A stretch of DNA of 64,000 bases from Gordius albopunctatus. Taxonomy: Eukaryota. Positions 11,964 to 27,600 of the stretch are shown piece by piece. Location of the stretch: contig OZ193910.1 of NCBI GenBank assembly GCA_964276515.1, positions 4,216,001 to 4,280,000 of the forward strand. The letters run 5' to 3'. The position numbers and the translations under genes are program-made. The notes below the pieces were generated by a model, which saw only the letters and a list, made by a program, of their open reading frames with translations, did not search any database and had not been told where the DNA came from. Every line of letters begins with the position of its first letter. The stretch's first letter is position 1.

Positions 11964-14900
11964 ATTTATTAAAAAGTCGCATTTATATAATAGGAACGTC
12001 TAAAATATTTGTTAAAATGACTAAACTATTTCCTTACATTGTTTTAAATGTCTCAATGATTCACATCATTTGTATTTATTTATTAAAAAGTCGCATTTAT
12101 ATAATAAGAACGTCCAAAATATATGTTAAAATGACTAAACTATTTCCTTACATTGTTTTAAATGTCTCAATGATTCACATCATTTTTTTTATTTATTAAA
12201 AAGTCGCATTTATATAATAAGAACGTCCAAAATATATGTTAAAATGACTAAACTATTTCCTTACATTGTTTTAAATGTCTCAATGATTCACATCATTTGT
12301 ATTTATTTATTAAAAAGTCGCATTTATATAATAGGAACGTCCAAAATATATGTTAAAATGACTAAACTATTTCCTTACATTGTTTTAAATGTCTCAATGA
12401 TTCACATCATTTTTTTTTATTTATTAAAAAGTCGCATTTATATAATAGGAACGTCTAAAATATTTGTTAAAATGACTAAACTATTTCCTTACATTGTTTT
12501 AAATGTCTCAATGATTCACATCATTTTTTTTTATTTATTAAAAAGTCGCATTTATATAATAAGAACGTCCAAAATATATGTTAAAATGACTAAACTATTT
12601 CCTTACATTGTTTTAAATGTCTCAATGATTCACATCATTTTTTTTTATTTATTAAAAAGTCGCATTTATATAATAGGAACGTCCAAAATATATGTTAAAA
12701 TGACTAAACTATTTCCTTACATTGTTTTAAATGTCTCAATGATTCACATCATTTTTTTTTATTTATTAAAAAGTCGCATTTATATAATAGGAACGTCCAA
12801 AATATATGTTAAAATGACTAAACTATTTCCTTACATTGTTTTAAATGTCTCAATGATTCACATCATTTTTTTTTATTTATTAAAAAGTCGCATTTATATA
12901 ATAAGAACGTCCAAAATATATGTTAAAATGACTAAACTATTTCCTTACATTGTTTTAAATGTCTCAATGATTCACATCATTTTTTTTTATTTATTAAAAA
13001 GTCGCATTTATATAATAAGAACGTCCAAAATATATGTTAAAATAACTAAACTATTTCCTTACATTGTTTTAAATGTCTCAATGATTCACATCATTTTTTT
13101 TTATTTATTAAAAAGTCGCATTTATTTAATAAGAACGTCCAAAATATATGTTAAAATGACTAAACTATTTCCTTACATTGTTTTAAATGTCTCAATGATT
13201 CACATCATTTTTTTTTATTTATTAAAAAGTCGCATTTATATAATAGGAACGTCCAAAATATATGTTAAAATAACTAAACTATTTCCTTACATTGTTTTAA
13301 ATGTCTCAATGATTCACATCATTTTTTTTATTTATTAAAAAGTCGCATTTATATAATAAGAACGTCCTAAATATATGTTAAAATGACTAAACTGTTTCCT
13401 TACATTGTTTTAAATGTCTCAATGATTCACATCATTTGTATTTATTTATTAAAAAGTCGCATTTATATAATAAGAACGTCCAAAATATATGTTAAAATGA
13501 CTAAACTATTTCCTTACATTGTTTTAAATGTCTCAATGATTCACATCATTTGTATTTATTTATTAAAAAGTCGCATTTATATAATAGGAACGTCCAAAAT
13601 ATATGTTAAAATGACTAAACTATTTCCTTACATTGTTTTAAATGTCTCAATGATTCACATTATTTTTTTTTATTTATTAAAAAGTCGCATTTATATAATA
13701 GGAACGCCCAAAATATATGTTAAAATGACTAAACTATTTCCTTACATTGTTTTAAATGTCTCAATGATTCACATCATTTTTTTTTATTTATTAAAAAGTC
13801 GCATTTATATAATAAGAACGTCCAAAATATATGTTAAAATGACTAAACTATTTCCTTACATTGTTTTAAATGTCTCAATGATTCACATCATTTGTATTTA
13901 TTTATTAAAAAGTCGCATTTATATAATAGGAACGTCCAAAATATATGTTAAAATAACTAAACTATTTCCTTACATTGTTTTAAATGTCTCAATGATTCAC
14001 ATCATTTTTTTTATTTATTAAAAAGTCGCATTTATATAATAAGAACGTCCAAAATATATGTTAAAATGACTAAACTATTTCCTTACATTGTTTTAAATGT
14101 CTCAATGATTCACATCATTTGTATTTATTTATTAAAAAGTCGCATTTATATAATAGGAACGTCCAAAATATATGTTAAAATGACTAAACTATTTCCTTAC
14201 ATTGTTTTAAATGTCTCAATGATTCACATCATTTGTATTTATTTATTAAAAAGTCGCATTTATATAATAAGAACGTCCAAAATATATGTTAAAATGACTA
14301 AACTATTTCCTTACATTGTTTTAAATATCTCAATTATTTACATCATTTTTTTTTATTTATTAAAAAGTCGCATTTATATAATAAGAACGTCCAAAATATA
14401 TGTTAAAATAACTAAACTATTTCCTTACATTGTTTTAAATGTCTCAATGATTCACATCATTTGTATTTATTTATTAAAAAGTCGCATTTATATAATAGGA
14501 ACGTCCAAAATATATGTTAAAATAACTAAACTATTTCCTTACATTGTTTTAAATGTCTCAATGATTCACATCATTTTTTTTTATTTATTAAAAAGTCGCA
14601 TTTATATAATAAGAACGTCCAAAATATATGTTAAAATGACTAAACTATTTCCTTACATTGTTTTAAATGTCTCAATGATTCACATCATTTTTTTTATTTA
14701 TTAAAAAGTCGCATTTATATAATAAGAACGTCCAAAATATATGTTAAAATAACTAAACTATTTCCTTACATTGTTTTAAATGTCTCAATGATTCACATCA
14801 TTTGTATTTATTTATTAAAAAGTCGCATTTATATAATAGGAACGTCCAAAATATATGTTAAAATGACTAAACTATTTCCTTACATTGTTTTAAATGTCTC

Positions 14901-17900
14901 AATGATTCACATCATTTTTTTTATTTATTAAAAAGTCGCATTTATATAATAAGAACGTCCAAAATATATGTTAAAATGACTAAACTATTTCCTTACATTG
15001 TTTTAAATGTCTCAATGATTCACATAATTTGTATTTATTTATTAAAAAGTCGCATTTATATAATAGGAACGTCCAAAATATATGTTAAAATGACTAAACT
15101 ATTTCCTTACATTGTTTTAAATGTCTCAATGATTCACATCATTTGTATTTATTTATTAAAAAGTCGCATTTATATAATAAGAACGTCCAAAATATATGTT
15201 AAAATGACTAAACTATTTCCTTACATTGTTTTAAATATCTCAATTATTTACATCATTTTTTTTTATTTATTAAAAAGTCGCATTTATATAATAGGAACGT
15301 CCAAAATATATGTTAAAATAACTAAACTATTTCCTTACATTGTTTTAAATGTCTCAATGATTCACATCATTTGTATTTATTTATTAAAAAGTCGCATTTA
15401 TATAATAAGAACGTCCAAAATATATGTTAAAATGACTAAACTATTTCCTTACATTGTTTTAAATGTCTCAATGATTCACATCATTTGTATTTATTTATTA
15501 AAAAGTCGCATTTATATAATAGGAACGTCCAAAATATATGTTAAAATAACTAAACTATTTCCTTACATTGTTTTAAATGTCTCAATGATTCACATCATTT
15601 TTTTTATTTATTAAAAAGTCGCATTTATATAATAAGAACGTCCAAAATATATGTTAAAATGACTAAACTATTTCCTTACATTGTTTTAAATGTCTCAATG
15701 ATTCACATCATTTGTATTTATTTATTAAAAAGTCGCATTTATATAATAGGAACGTCCAAAATATATGTTAAAATGACTAAACTATTTCCTTACATTGTTT
15801 TAAATGTCTCAATGATTCACATCATTTGTATTTATTTATTAAAAAGTCGCATTTATATAATAAGAACGTCCAAAATATATGTTAAAATGACTAAACTATT
15901 TCCTTACATTGTTTTAAATATCTCAATTATTTACATCATTTTTTTTTATTTATTAAAAAGTCGCATTTATATAATAAGAACGTCCAAAATATATGTTAAA
16001 ATAACTAAACTATTTCCTTACATTGTTTTAAATGTCTCAATGATTCACATCATTTGTATTTATTTATTAAAAAGTCGCATTTATATAATAGGAACGTCCA
16101 AAATATATGTTAAAATGACTAAACTATTTCCTTACATTGTTTTAAATGTCTCAATGATTCACATCATTTTTTTTATTTATTAAAAAGTCGCATTTATATA
16201 ATAAGAACGTCCAAAATATATGTTAAAATGACTAAACTGTTTCCTTACATTGTTTTAAATGTCTCAATGATTCACATCATTTGTATTTATTTATTAAAAA
16301 GTCGCATTTATATAATAGGAACGTCCAAAATATTTGTTAAAATGACTAAACTATTTCCTTACATTGTTTTAAATGTCTCAATGATTCACATCATTTTTTT
16401 TTATTTATTAAAAAGTCGCATTTATATAATAAGAACGTCCAAAATATATGTTAAAATGACTAAACTATTTCCTTACATTGTTTTAAATGTCTCAATGATT
16501 CACATCATTTGTATTTATTTATTAAAAAGTCGCATTTATATAATAGGAACGTCCAAAATATATGTTAAAATGACTAAACTATTTCCTTACATTGTTTTAA
16601 ATGTCTCAATTATTCACATCATTTGTATTTATTTATTAAAAAGTCGCATTTATATAATAGGAACGTCCAAAATATATGTTAAAATGACTAAACTATTTCC
16701 TTACATTGTTTTAAATGTCTCAATGATTCACATCATTTTTTTTATTTATTAAAAAGTCGCATTTATATAATAAGAACGTCCAAAATATATGTTAAAATGA
16801 CTAAACTATTTCCTTACATTGTTTTAAATGTCTCAATGATTCACATCATTTTTTTTTATTTATTAAAAAGTCGCATTTATATAATAGGAACGTCCAAAAT
16901 ATATGTTAAAATGACTAAACTATTTCCTTACATTGTTTTAAATGTCTCAATGATTCACATCATTTGTATTTATTTATTAAAAAGTCGCATTTATATAATA
17001 AGAACGTCCAAAATATATGTTAAAATGACTAAACTATTTCCTTACATTGTTTTAAATGTCTCAATGATTCACATCATTTGTATTTATTTATTAAAAAGTC
17101 GCATTTATATAATAAGAACGTCCAAAATATATGTTAAAATGACTAAACTATTTCCTTACATTGTTTTAAATGTCTCAATGATTCACATCATTTTTTTTAT
17201 TTATTAAAAAGTCGCATTTATATAATAAGAACGTCCAAAATATATGTTAAAATGACTAAACTATTTCCTTACATTGTTTTAAATGTCTCAATGATTCACA
17301 TCATTTGTATTTATTTATTAAAAAGTCGCATTTATATAATAGGAACGTCCAAAATATATGTTAAAATGACTAAACTATTTCCTTACATTGTTTTAAATGT
17401 CTCAATGATTCACATCATTTGTATTTATTTATTAAAAAGTCGCATTTATATAATAAGAACGTCCAAAATATATGTTAAAATAACTAAACTATTTCCTTAC
17501 ATTGTTTTAAATGTCTCAATTATTCACATCATTTGTATTTATTTATTAAAAAGTCGCATTTTTATAATAGGAACGTCCAAAATATATGTTAAAATGACTA
17601 AACTATTTCCTTACATTGTTTTAAATGTCTCAATGATTCACATCATTTTTTTTATTTATTAAAAAGTCGCATTTATATAATAAGAACGTCCAAAATATAT
17701 GTTAAAATGACTAAACTATTTCCTTACATTGTTTTAAATGTCTCAATGATTCACATCATTTGTATTTATTTATTAAAAAGTCGCATTTATATAATAGGAA
17801 CGTGCAAAATATATGTTAAAATGACTAAACTATTTCCTTACATTGTTTTAAATGTCTCAATGATTCACATCATTTGTATTTATTTATTAAAAAGTCGCAT

Positions 17901-20900
17901 TTATATAATAAGAACGTCCAAAATATATGTTAAAATGACTAAACTATTTCCTTACATTGTTTTAAATGTCTCAATTATTCACATCATTTGTATTTATTTA
18001 TTAAAAAGTCGCATTTATATAATAGGAACGTCCAAAATATATGTTAAAATGACTAAACTATTTCCTTACATTGTTTTAAATGTCTCAATGATTCACATCA
18101 TTTTTTTTATTTATTAAAAAGTCGCATTTATATAATAAGAACGTCCAAAATATATGTTAAAATGACTAAACTATTTCCTTACATTGTTTTAAATGTCTCA
18201 ATGATTCACATCATTTGTATTTATTTATTAAAAAGTCGCATTTATATAATAGGAACGTCCAAAATATATGTTAAAATGACTAAACTATTTCCTTACATTG
18301 TTTTAAATGTCTCAATGATTCACATCATTTGTATTTATTTATTAAAAAGTCGCATTTATATAATAAGAACGTCCAAAATATATGTTAAAATGACTAAACT
18401 ATTTCCTTACATTGTTTTAAATGTCTCAATGATTCACATCATTTGTATTTATTTATTAAAAAGTCGCATTTATATAATAAGAACGTCCAAAATATATGTT
18501 AAAATGACTAAACTATTTCCTTACATTGTTTTAAATGTCTCAATGATTCACATCATTTTTTTTATTTATTAAAAAGTCGCATTTATATAATAAGAACGTC
18601 CAAAATATATGTTAAAATAACTAAACTATTTCCTTACATTGTTTTAAATGTCTCAATGATTCACATCATTTTTTTTTATTTATTAAAAAGTCGCATTTAT
18701 ATAATAAGAACGTCCAAAATATATGTTAAAATGACTAAACTATTTCCTTACATTGTTTTAAATGTCTCAATGATTCACATCATTTTTTTTATTTATTAAA
18801 AAGTCGCATTTATATAATAAGAACATCCAAAATATATGTTAAAATGACTAAACTATTTCCTTACATTGTTTTAAATGTCTCAATGATTCACATCATTTGT
18901 ATTTATTTATTAAAAAGTCGCATTTATATAATAGGAACGTCCAAAATATATGTTAAAATAACTAAACTATTTCCTTACATTGTTTTAAATGTCTCAATGA
19001 TTCACATCATTTGTATTTATTTATTAAAAAGTCGCATTTATATAATAAGAACGTCCAAAATATATGTTAAAATGACTAAACTATTTCCTTACATTGTTTT
19101 AAATATCTCAATTATTTACATCATTTTTTTTTATTTATTAAAAAGTCGCATTTATATAATAAGAACGTCCAAAATATATGTTAAAATAACTAAACTATTT
19201 CCTTACATTGTTTTAAATGTCTCAATGATTCACATCATTTGTATTTATTTATTAAAAAGTCGCATTTATATAATAGGAACGTCCAAAATATATGTTAAAA
19301 TGACTAAACTATTTCCTTACATTGTTTTAAATGTCTCAATGATTCACATCATTTTTTTTTATTTATTAAAAAGTCGCATTTATATAATAAGAACATCCAA
19401 AATATATGTTAAAATGACTAAACTATTTCCTTACATTGTTTTAAATGTCTCAATGATTCACATCATTTGTATTTATTTATTAAAAAGTCGCATTTATATA
19501 ATAGGAACGTCCAAAATATATGTTAAAATAACTAAACTATTTCCTTACATTGTTTTAAATGTCTCAATGATTCACATCATTTTTTTTATTTATTAAAAAG
19601 TCGCATTTATATAATAAGAACGTCCTAAATATATGTTAAAATGACTAAACTGTTTCCTTACATTGTTTTAAATGTCTCAATGATTCACATCATTTGTATT
19701 TATTTATTAAAAAGTCGCATTTATATAATAGGAACGTCCAAAATATTTGTTAAAATGACTAAACTATTTCCTTACATTGTTTTAAATGTCTCAATGATTC
19801 ACATCATTTTTTTTTATTTATTAAAAAGTCGCATTTATATAATAAGAACGTCCAAAATATATGTTAAAATGACTAAACTATTTCCTTACATTGTTTTAAA
19901 TGTCTCAATGATTCACATCATTTTTTTTATTTATTAAAAAGTCGCATTTATATAATAAGAACGTCCAAAATATATGTTAAAATGACTAAACTATTTCCTT
20001 ACATTGTTTTAAATGTCTCAATGATTCACATCATTTGTATTTATTTATTAAAAAGTCGCATTTATATAATAGGAACGTCCAAAATATATGTTAAAATGAC
20101 TAAACTATTTCCTTACATTGTTTTAAATGTCTCAATTATTCACATCATTTGTATTTATTTATTAAAAAGTCGCATTTATATAATAGGAACGTCCAAAATA
20201 TATGTTAAAATGACTAAACTATTTCCTTACATTGTTTTAAATGTCTCAATGATTCACATCATTTTTTTTATTTATTAAAAAGTCGCATTTATATAATAAG
20301 AACGTCCAAAATATATGTTAAAATGACTAAACTATTTCCTTACATTGTTTTAAATGTCTCAATGATTCACATCATTTGTATTTATTTATTAAAAAGTCGC
20401 ATTTATATAATAGGAACGTCCAAAATATATGTTAAAATGACTAAACTATTTCCTTACATTGTTTTAAATGTCTCAATGATTCACATCATTTTTTTTTATT
20501 TATTAAAAAGTCGCATTTATATAATAGGAACGTCTAAAATATTTGTTAAAATGACTAAACTATTTCCTTACATTGTTTTAAATGTCTCAATGATTCACAT
20601 CATTTTTTTTTATTTATTAAAAAGTCGCATTTATATAATAAGAACGTCCAAAATATATGTTAAAATGACTAAACTATTTCCTTACATTGTTTTAAATGTC
20701 TCAATGATTCACATCATTTTTTTTTATTTATTAAAAAGTCGCATTTATATAATAAGAACGTCCAAAATATATGTTAAAATAACTAAACTATTTCCTTACA
20801 TTGTTTTAAATGTCTCAATGATTCACATCATTTTTTTTTATTTATTAAAAAGTCGCATTTATATAATAAGAACGTCCAAAATATATGTTAAAATGACTAA

Positions 20901-23900
20901 ACTATTTCCTTACATTGTTTTAAATGTCTCAATGATTCACATCATTTTTTTTATTTATTAAAAAGTCGCATTTATATAATAAGAACGTCCAAAATATATG
21001 TTAAAATGACTAAACTATTTCCTTACATTGTTTTAAATGTCTCAATGATTCACATCATTTGTATTTATTTATTAAAAAGTCGCATTTATATAATAAGAAC
21101 GTCCAAAATATATGTTAAAATGACTAAACTATTTCCTTACATTGTTTTAAATGTCTCAATGATTCACATCATTTTTTTTTATTTATTAAAAAGTCGCATT
21201 TATATAATAGGAACGTCCAAAATATATGTTAAAATGACTAAACTATTTCCTTACATTGTTTTAAATGTCTCAATGATTCACATCATTTGTATTTATTTAT
21301 TAAAAAGTCGCATTTATATAATAAGAACGTCCAAAATATATGTTAAAATGACTAAACTATTTCCTTACATTGTTTTAAATGTCTCAATGATTCACATCAT
21401 TTGTATTTATTTATTAAAAAGTCGCATTTATATAATAAGAACGTCCAAAATATATGTTAAAATGACTAAACTATTTCCTTACATTGTTTTAAATGTCTCA
21501 ATGATTCACATCATTTTTTTTTATTTATTAAAAAGTCGCATTTATATAATAGGAACGTCCAAAATATATGTTAAAATGACTAAACTATTTCCTTACATTG
21601 TTTTAAATGTCTCAATGATTCACATCATTTGTATTTATTTATTAAAAAGTCGCATTTATATAATAGGAACGTCCAAAATATATGTTAAAATGACTAAACT
21701 ATTTCCTTACATTGTTTTAAATGTCTCAATGATTCACATTATTTTTTTTTATTTATTAAAAAGTCGCATTTATATAATAGGAACGCCCAAAATATATGTT
21801 AAAATGACTAAACTATTTCCTTACATTGTTTTAAATGTCTCAATGATTCACATCATTTTTTTTTATTTATTAAAAAGTCGCATTTATATAATAAGAACGT
21901 CCAAAATATATGTTAAAATGACTAAACTATTTCCTTACATTGTTTTAAATGTCTCAATGATTCACATCATTTGTATTTATTTATTAAAAAGTCGCATTTA
22001 TATAATAGGAACGTCCAAAATATATGTTAAAATGACTAAACTATTTCCTTACATTGTTTTAAATGTCTCAATGATTCACATCATTTGTATTTATTTATTA
22101 AAAAGTCGCATTTATATAATAGGAACGTCCAAAATATATGTTAAAATGACTAAACTATTTCCTTACATTGTTTTAAATGTCTCAATGATTCACATTATTT
22201 TTTTTTATTTATTAAAAAGTCGCATTTATATAATAGGAACGCCCAAAATATATGTTAAAATGACTAAACTATTTCCTTACATTGTTTTAAATGTCTCAAT
22301 GATTCACATCATTTTTTTTTATTTATTAAAAAGTCGCATTTATATAATAAGAACGTCCAAAATATATGTTAAAATGACTAAACTATTTCCTTACATTGTT
22401 TTAAATGTCTCAATGATTCACATCATTTGTATTTATTTATTAAAAAGTCGCATTTATATAATAAGAACGTCCAAAATATATGTTAAAATGACTAAACTAT
22501 TTCCTTACATTGTTTTAAATGTCTCAATGATTCACATCATTTTTTTTTATTTATTAAAAAGTCGCATTTATATAATAAGAACGTCCAAAATATATGTTAA
22601 AATAACTAAACTATTTCCTTACATTGTTTTAAATGTCTCAATGATTCACATCATTTTTTTTTATTTATTAAAAAGTCGCATTTATATAATAAGAACGTCC
22701 AAAATATATGTTAAAATGACTAAACTATTTCCTTACATTGTTTTAAATGTCTCAATGATTCACATCATTTTTTTTATTTATTAAAAAGTCGCATTTATAT
22801 AATAAGAACGTCCAAAATATATGTTAAAATGACTAAACTATTTCCTTACATTGTTTTAAATGTCTCAATGATTCACATCATTTGTATTTATTTATTAAAA
22901 AGTCGCATTTATATAATAAGAACGTCCAAAATATATGTTAAAATGACTAAACTATTTCCTTACATTGTTTTAAATGTCTCAATGATTCACATCATTTTTT
23001 TTTATTTATTAAAAAGTCGCATTTATATAATAGGAACGTCCAAAATATATGTTAAAATGACTAAACTATTTCCTTACATTGTTTTAAATGTCTCAATGAT
23101 TCACATCATTTGTATTTATTTATTAAAAAGTCGCATTTATATAATAAGAACGTCCAAAATATATGTTAAAATGACTAAACTATTTCCTTACATTGTTTTA
23201 AATGTCTCAATGATTCACATCATTTGTATTTATTTATTAAAAAGTCGCATTTATATAATAAGAACGTCCAAAATATATGTTAAAATGACTAAACTATTTC
23301 CTTACATTGTTTTAAATGTCTCAATGATTCACATCATTTTTTTTTATTTATTAAAAAGTCGCATTTATATAATAGGAACGTCCAAAATATATGTTAAAAT
23401 GACTAAACTATTTCCTTACATTGTTTTAAATGTCTCAATGATTCACATCATTTGTATTTATTTATTAAAAAGTCGCATTTATATAATAGGAACGTCCAAA
23501 ATATATGTTAAAATGACTAAACTATTTCCTTACATTGTTTTAAATGTCTCAATGATTCACATTATTTTTTTTTATTTATTAAAAAGTCGCATTTATATAA
23601 TAAGAACGTCCTAAATATATGTTAAAATGACTAAACTGTTTCCTTACATTGTTTTAAATGTCTCAATGATTCACATCATTTGTATTTATTTATTAAAAAG
23701 TCGCATTTATATAATAGGAACGTCCAAAATATTTGTTAAAATGACTAAACTATTTCCTTACATTGTTTTAAATGTCTCAATGATTCACATCATTTTTTTT
23801 TATTTATTAAAAAGTCGCATTTATATAATAAGAACGTCCAAAATATATGTTAAAATGACTAAACTATTTCCTTACATTGTTTTAAATGTCTCAATGATTC

Positions 23901-24483
23901 ACATCATTTTTTTTATTTATTAAAAAGTCGCATTTATATAATAAGAACGTCCAAAATATATGTTAAAATGACTAAACTATTTCCTTACATTGTTTTAAAT
24001 GTCTCAATGATTCACATCATTTGTATTTATTTATTAAAAAGTCGCATTTATATAATAGGAACGTCCAAAATATATGTTAAAATGACTAAACTATTTCCTT
24101 ACATTGTTTTAAATGTCTCAATTATTCACATCATTTGTATTTATTTATTAAAAAGTCGCATTTATATAATAGGAACGTCCAAAATATATGTTAAAATGAC
24201 TAAACTATTTCCTTACATTGTTTTAAATGTCTCAATGATTCACATCATTTTTTTTATTTATTAAAAAGTCGCATTTATATAATAAGAACGTCCAAAATAT
24301 ATGTTAAAATGACTAAACTATTTCCTTACATTGTTTTAAATGTCTCAATGATTCACATCATTTGTATTTATTTATTAAAAAGTCGCATTTATATAATAGG
24401 AACGTCCAAAATATATGTTAAAATGACTAAACTATTTCCTTACATTGTTTTAAATGTCTCAATGATTCACATCATTTTTTTTT
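11964..24483 (+). repeat. 113/114-bp satellite array, block 2 (~110 monomers; the whole contig is satellite)
   Basis: Same monomer and orientation as block 1; bounded by N gaps. Confidence 0.99.
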
Positions 24484-24683
24484 NNNNNNNNNNNNNNNNN
24501 NNNNNNNNNNNNNNNNNNNNNNNNNNNNNNNNNNNNNNNNNNNNNNNNNNNNNNNNNNNNNNNNNNNNNNNNNNNNNNNNNNNNNNNNNNNNNNNNNNNN
24601 NNNNNNNNNNNNNNNNNNNNNNNNNNNNNNNNNNNNNNNNNNNNNNNNNNNNNNNNNNNNNNNNNNNNNNNNNNNNNNNNNNN
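24484..24683. other. Assembly gap (200 N) at the satellite strand switch
   Basis: Run of 200 N; monomer orientation flips across it. Confidence 1.
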
Positions 24684-27600
24684 AAACAGTTTAGTCATTT
24701 TAACATATATTTAGGACGTTCTTATTATATAAATGCGACTTTTTAATAAATAAAAAAAAATAATGTGAATCATTGAGACATTTAAAACAATGTAAGGAAA
24801 TAGTTTAGTCATTTTAACATATATTTTGGACGTTCCTATTATATAAATGCGACTTTTTAATAAATAAATACAAATGATGTGAATCATTGAGACATTTAAA
24901 ACAATGTAAGGAAATAGTTTAGTCATTTTAACATATATTTTGGACGTTCCTATTATATAAATGCGACTTTTTAATAAATAAAAAAAAATGATGTGAATCA
25001 TTGAGACATTTAAAACAATGTAAGGAAATAGTTTAGTCATTTTAACATATATTTTGGACGTTCTTATTATATAAATGCGACTTTTTAATAAATAAATACA
25101 AATGATGTGAATCATTGAGACATTTAAAACAATGTAAGGAAATAGTTTAGTCATTTTAACATATATTTTGGACGTTCTTATTATATAAATGCGACTTTTT
25201 AATAAATAAATACAAATGATGTGAATCATTGAGACATTTAAAACAATGTAAGGAAATAGTTTAGTCATTTTAACATATATTTTGGACGTTCCTATTATAT
25301 AAATGCGACTTTTTAATAAATAAAAAAAAATGATGTGAATCATTGAGACATTTAAAACAATGTAAGGAAATAGTTTAGTCATTTTAACATATATTTTGGA
25401 CGTTCTTATTATATAAATGCGACTTTTTAATAAATAAATACAAATGATGTGAATCATTGAGACATTTAAAACAATGTAAGGAAATAGTTTAGTCATTTTA
25501 ACATATATTTTGGACGTTCTTATTATATAAATGCGACTTTTTAATAAATAAAAAAAATGATGTGAATCATTGAGACATTTAAAACAATGTAAGGAAATAG
25601 TTTAGTCATTTTAACATATATTTTGGACGTTCTTATTATATAAATGCGACTTTTTAATAAATAAAAAAAAATGATGTGAATCATTGAGACATTTAAAACA
25701 ATGTAAGGAAATAGTTTAGTTATTTTAACATATATTTTGGACGTTCTTATTATATAAATGCGACTTTTTAATAAATAAAAAAAAATGATGTGAATCATTG
25801 AGACATTTAAAACAATGTAAGGAAATAGTTTAGTCATTTTAACATATATTTTGGACGTTCTTATTATATAAATGCGACTTTTTAATAAATAAATACAAAT
25901 GATGTGAATCATTGAGACATTTAAAACAATGTAAGGAAATAGTTTAGTCATTTTAACATATATTTTGGACGTTCTTATTATATAAATGCGACTTTTTAAT
26001 AAATAAAAAAAAATGATGTGAATCATTGAGACATTTAAAACAATGTAAGGAAATAGTTTAGTCATTTTAACATATATTTTGGGCGTTCCTATTATATAAA
26101 TGCGACTTTTTAATAAATAAAAAAAAATAATGTGAATCATTGAGACATTTAAAACAATGTAAGGAAATAGTTTAGTCATTTTAACATATATTTTGGACGT
26201 TCCTATTATATAAATGCGACTTTTTAATAAATAAATACAAATGATGTGAATCATTGAGACATTTAAAACAATGTAAGGAAATAGTTTAGTCATTTTAACA
26301 TATATTTTGGACGTTCCTATTATATAAATGCGACTTTTTAATAAATAAATACAAATGATGTGAATCATTGAGACATTTAAAACAATGTAAGGAAATAGTT
26401 TAGTCATTTTAACATATATTTTGGACGTTCTTATTATATAAATGCGACTTTTTAATAAATAAAAAAAAATGATGTGAATCATTGAGACATTTAAAACAAT
26501 GTAAGGAAATAGTTTAGTCATTTTAACATATATTTTGGGCGTTCCTATTATATAAATGCGACTTTTTAATAAATAAAAAAAAATAATGTGAATCATTGAG
26601 ACATTTAAAACAATGTAAGGAAATAGTTTAGTCATTTTAACATATATTTTGGACGTTCCTATTATATAAATGCGACTTTTTAATAAATAAATACAAATGA
26701 TGTGAATCATTGAGACATTTAAAACAATGTAAGGAAATAGTTTAGTCATTTTAACATATATTTTGGACGTTCCTATTATATAAATGCGACTTTTTAATAA
26801 ATAAAAAAAAATGATGTGAATCATTGAGACATTTAAAACAATGTAAGGAAATAGTTTAGTCATTTTAACATATATTTTGGACGTTCTTATTATATAAATG
26901 CGACTTTTTAATAAATAAATACAAATGATGTGAATCATTGAGACATTTAAAACAATGTAAGGAAATAGTTTAGTCATTTTAACATATATTTTGGACGTTC
27001 TTATTATATAAATGCGACTTTTTAATAAATAAATACAAATGATGTGAATCATTGAGACATTTAAAACAATGTAAGGAAATAGTTTAGTCATTTTAACATA
27101 TATTTTGGACGTTCCTATTATATAAATGCGACTTTTTAATAAATAAAAAAAAATGATGTGAATCATTGAGACATTTAAAACAATGTAAGGAAATAGTTTA
27201 GTCATTTTAACATATATTTTGGACGTTCTTATTATATAAATGCGACTTTTTAATAAATAAATACAAATGATGTGAATCATTGAGACATTTAAAACAATGT
27301 AAGGAAATAGTTTAGTCATTTTAACATATATTTTGGACGTTCTTATTATATAAATGCGACTTTTTAATAAATAAAAAAAATGATGTGAATCATTGAGACA
27401 TTTAAAACAATGTAAGGAAATAGTTTAGTCATTTTAACATATATTTTGGACGTTCTTATTATATAAATGCGACTTTTTAATAAATAAAAAAAAATGATGT
27501 GAATCATTGAGACATTTAAAACAATGTAAGGAAATAGTTTAGTTATTTTAACATATATTTTGGACGTTCTTATTATATAAATGCGACTTTTTAATAAATA

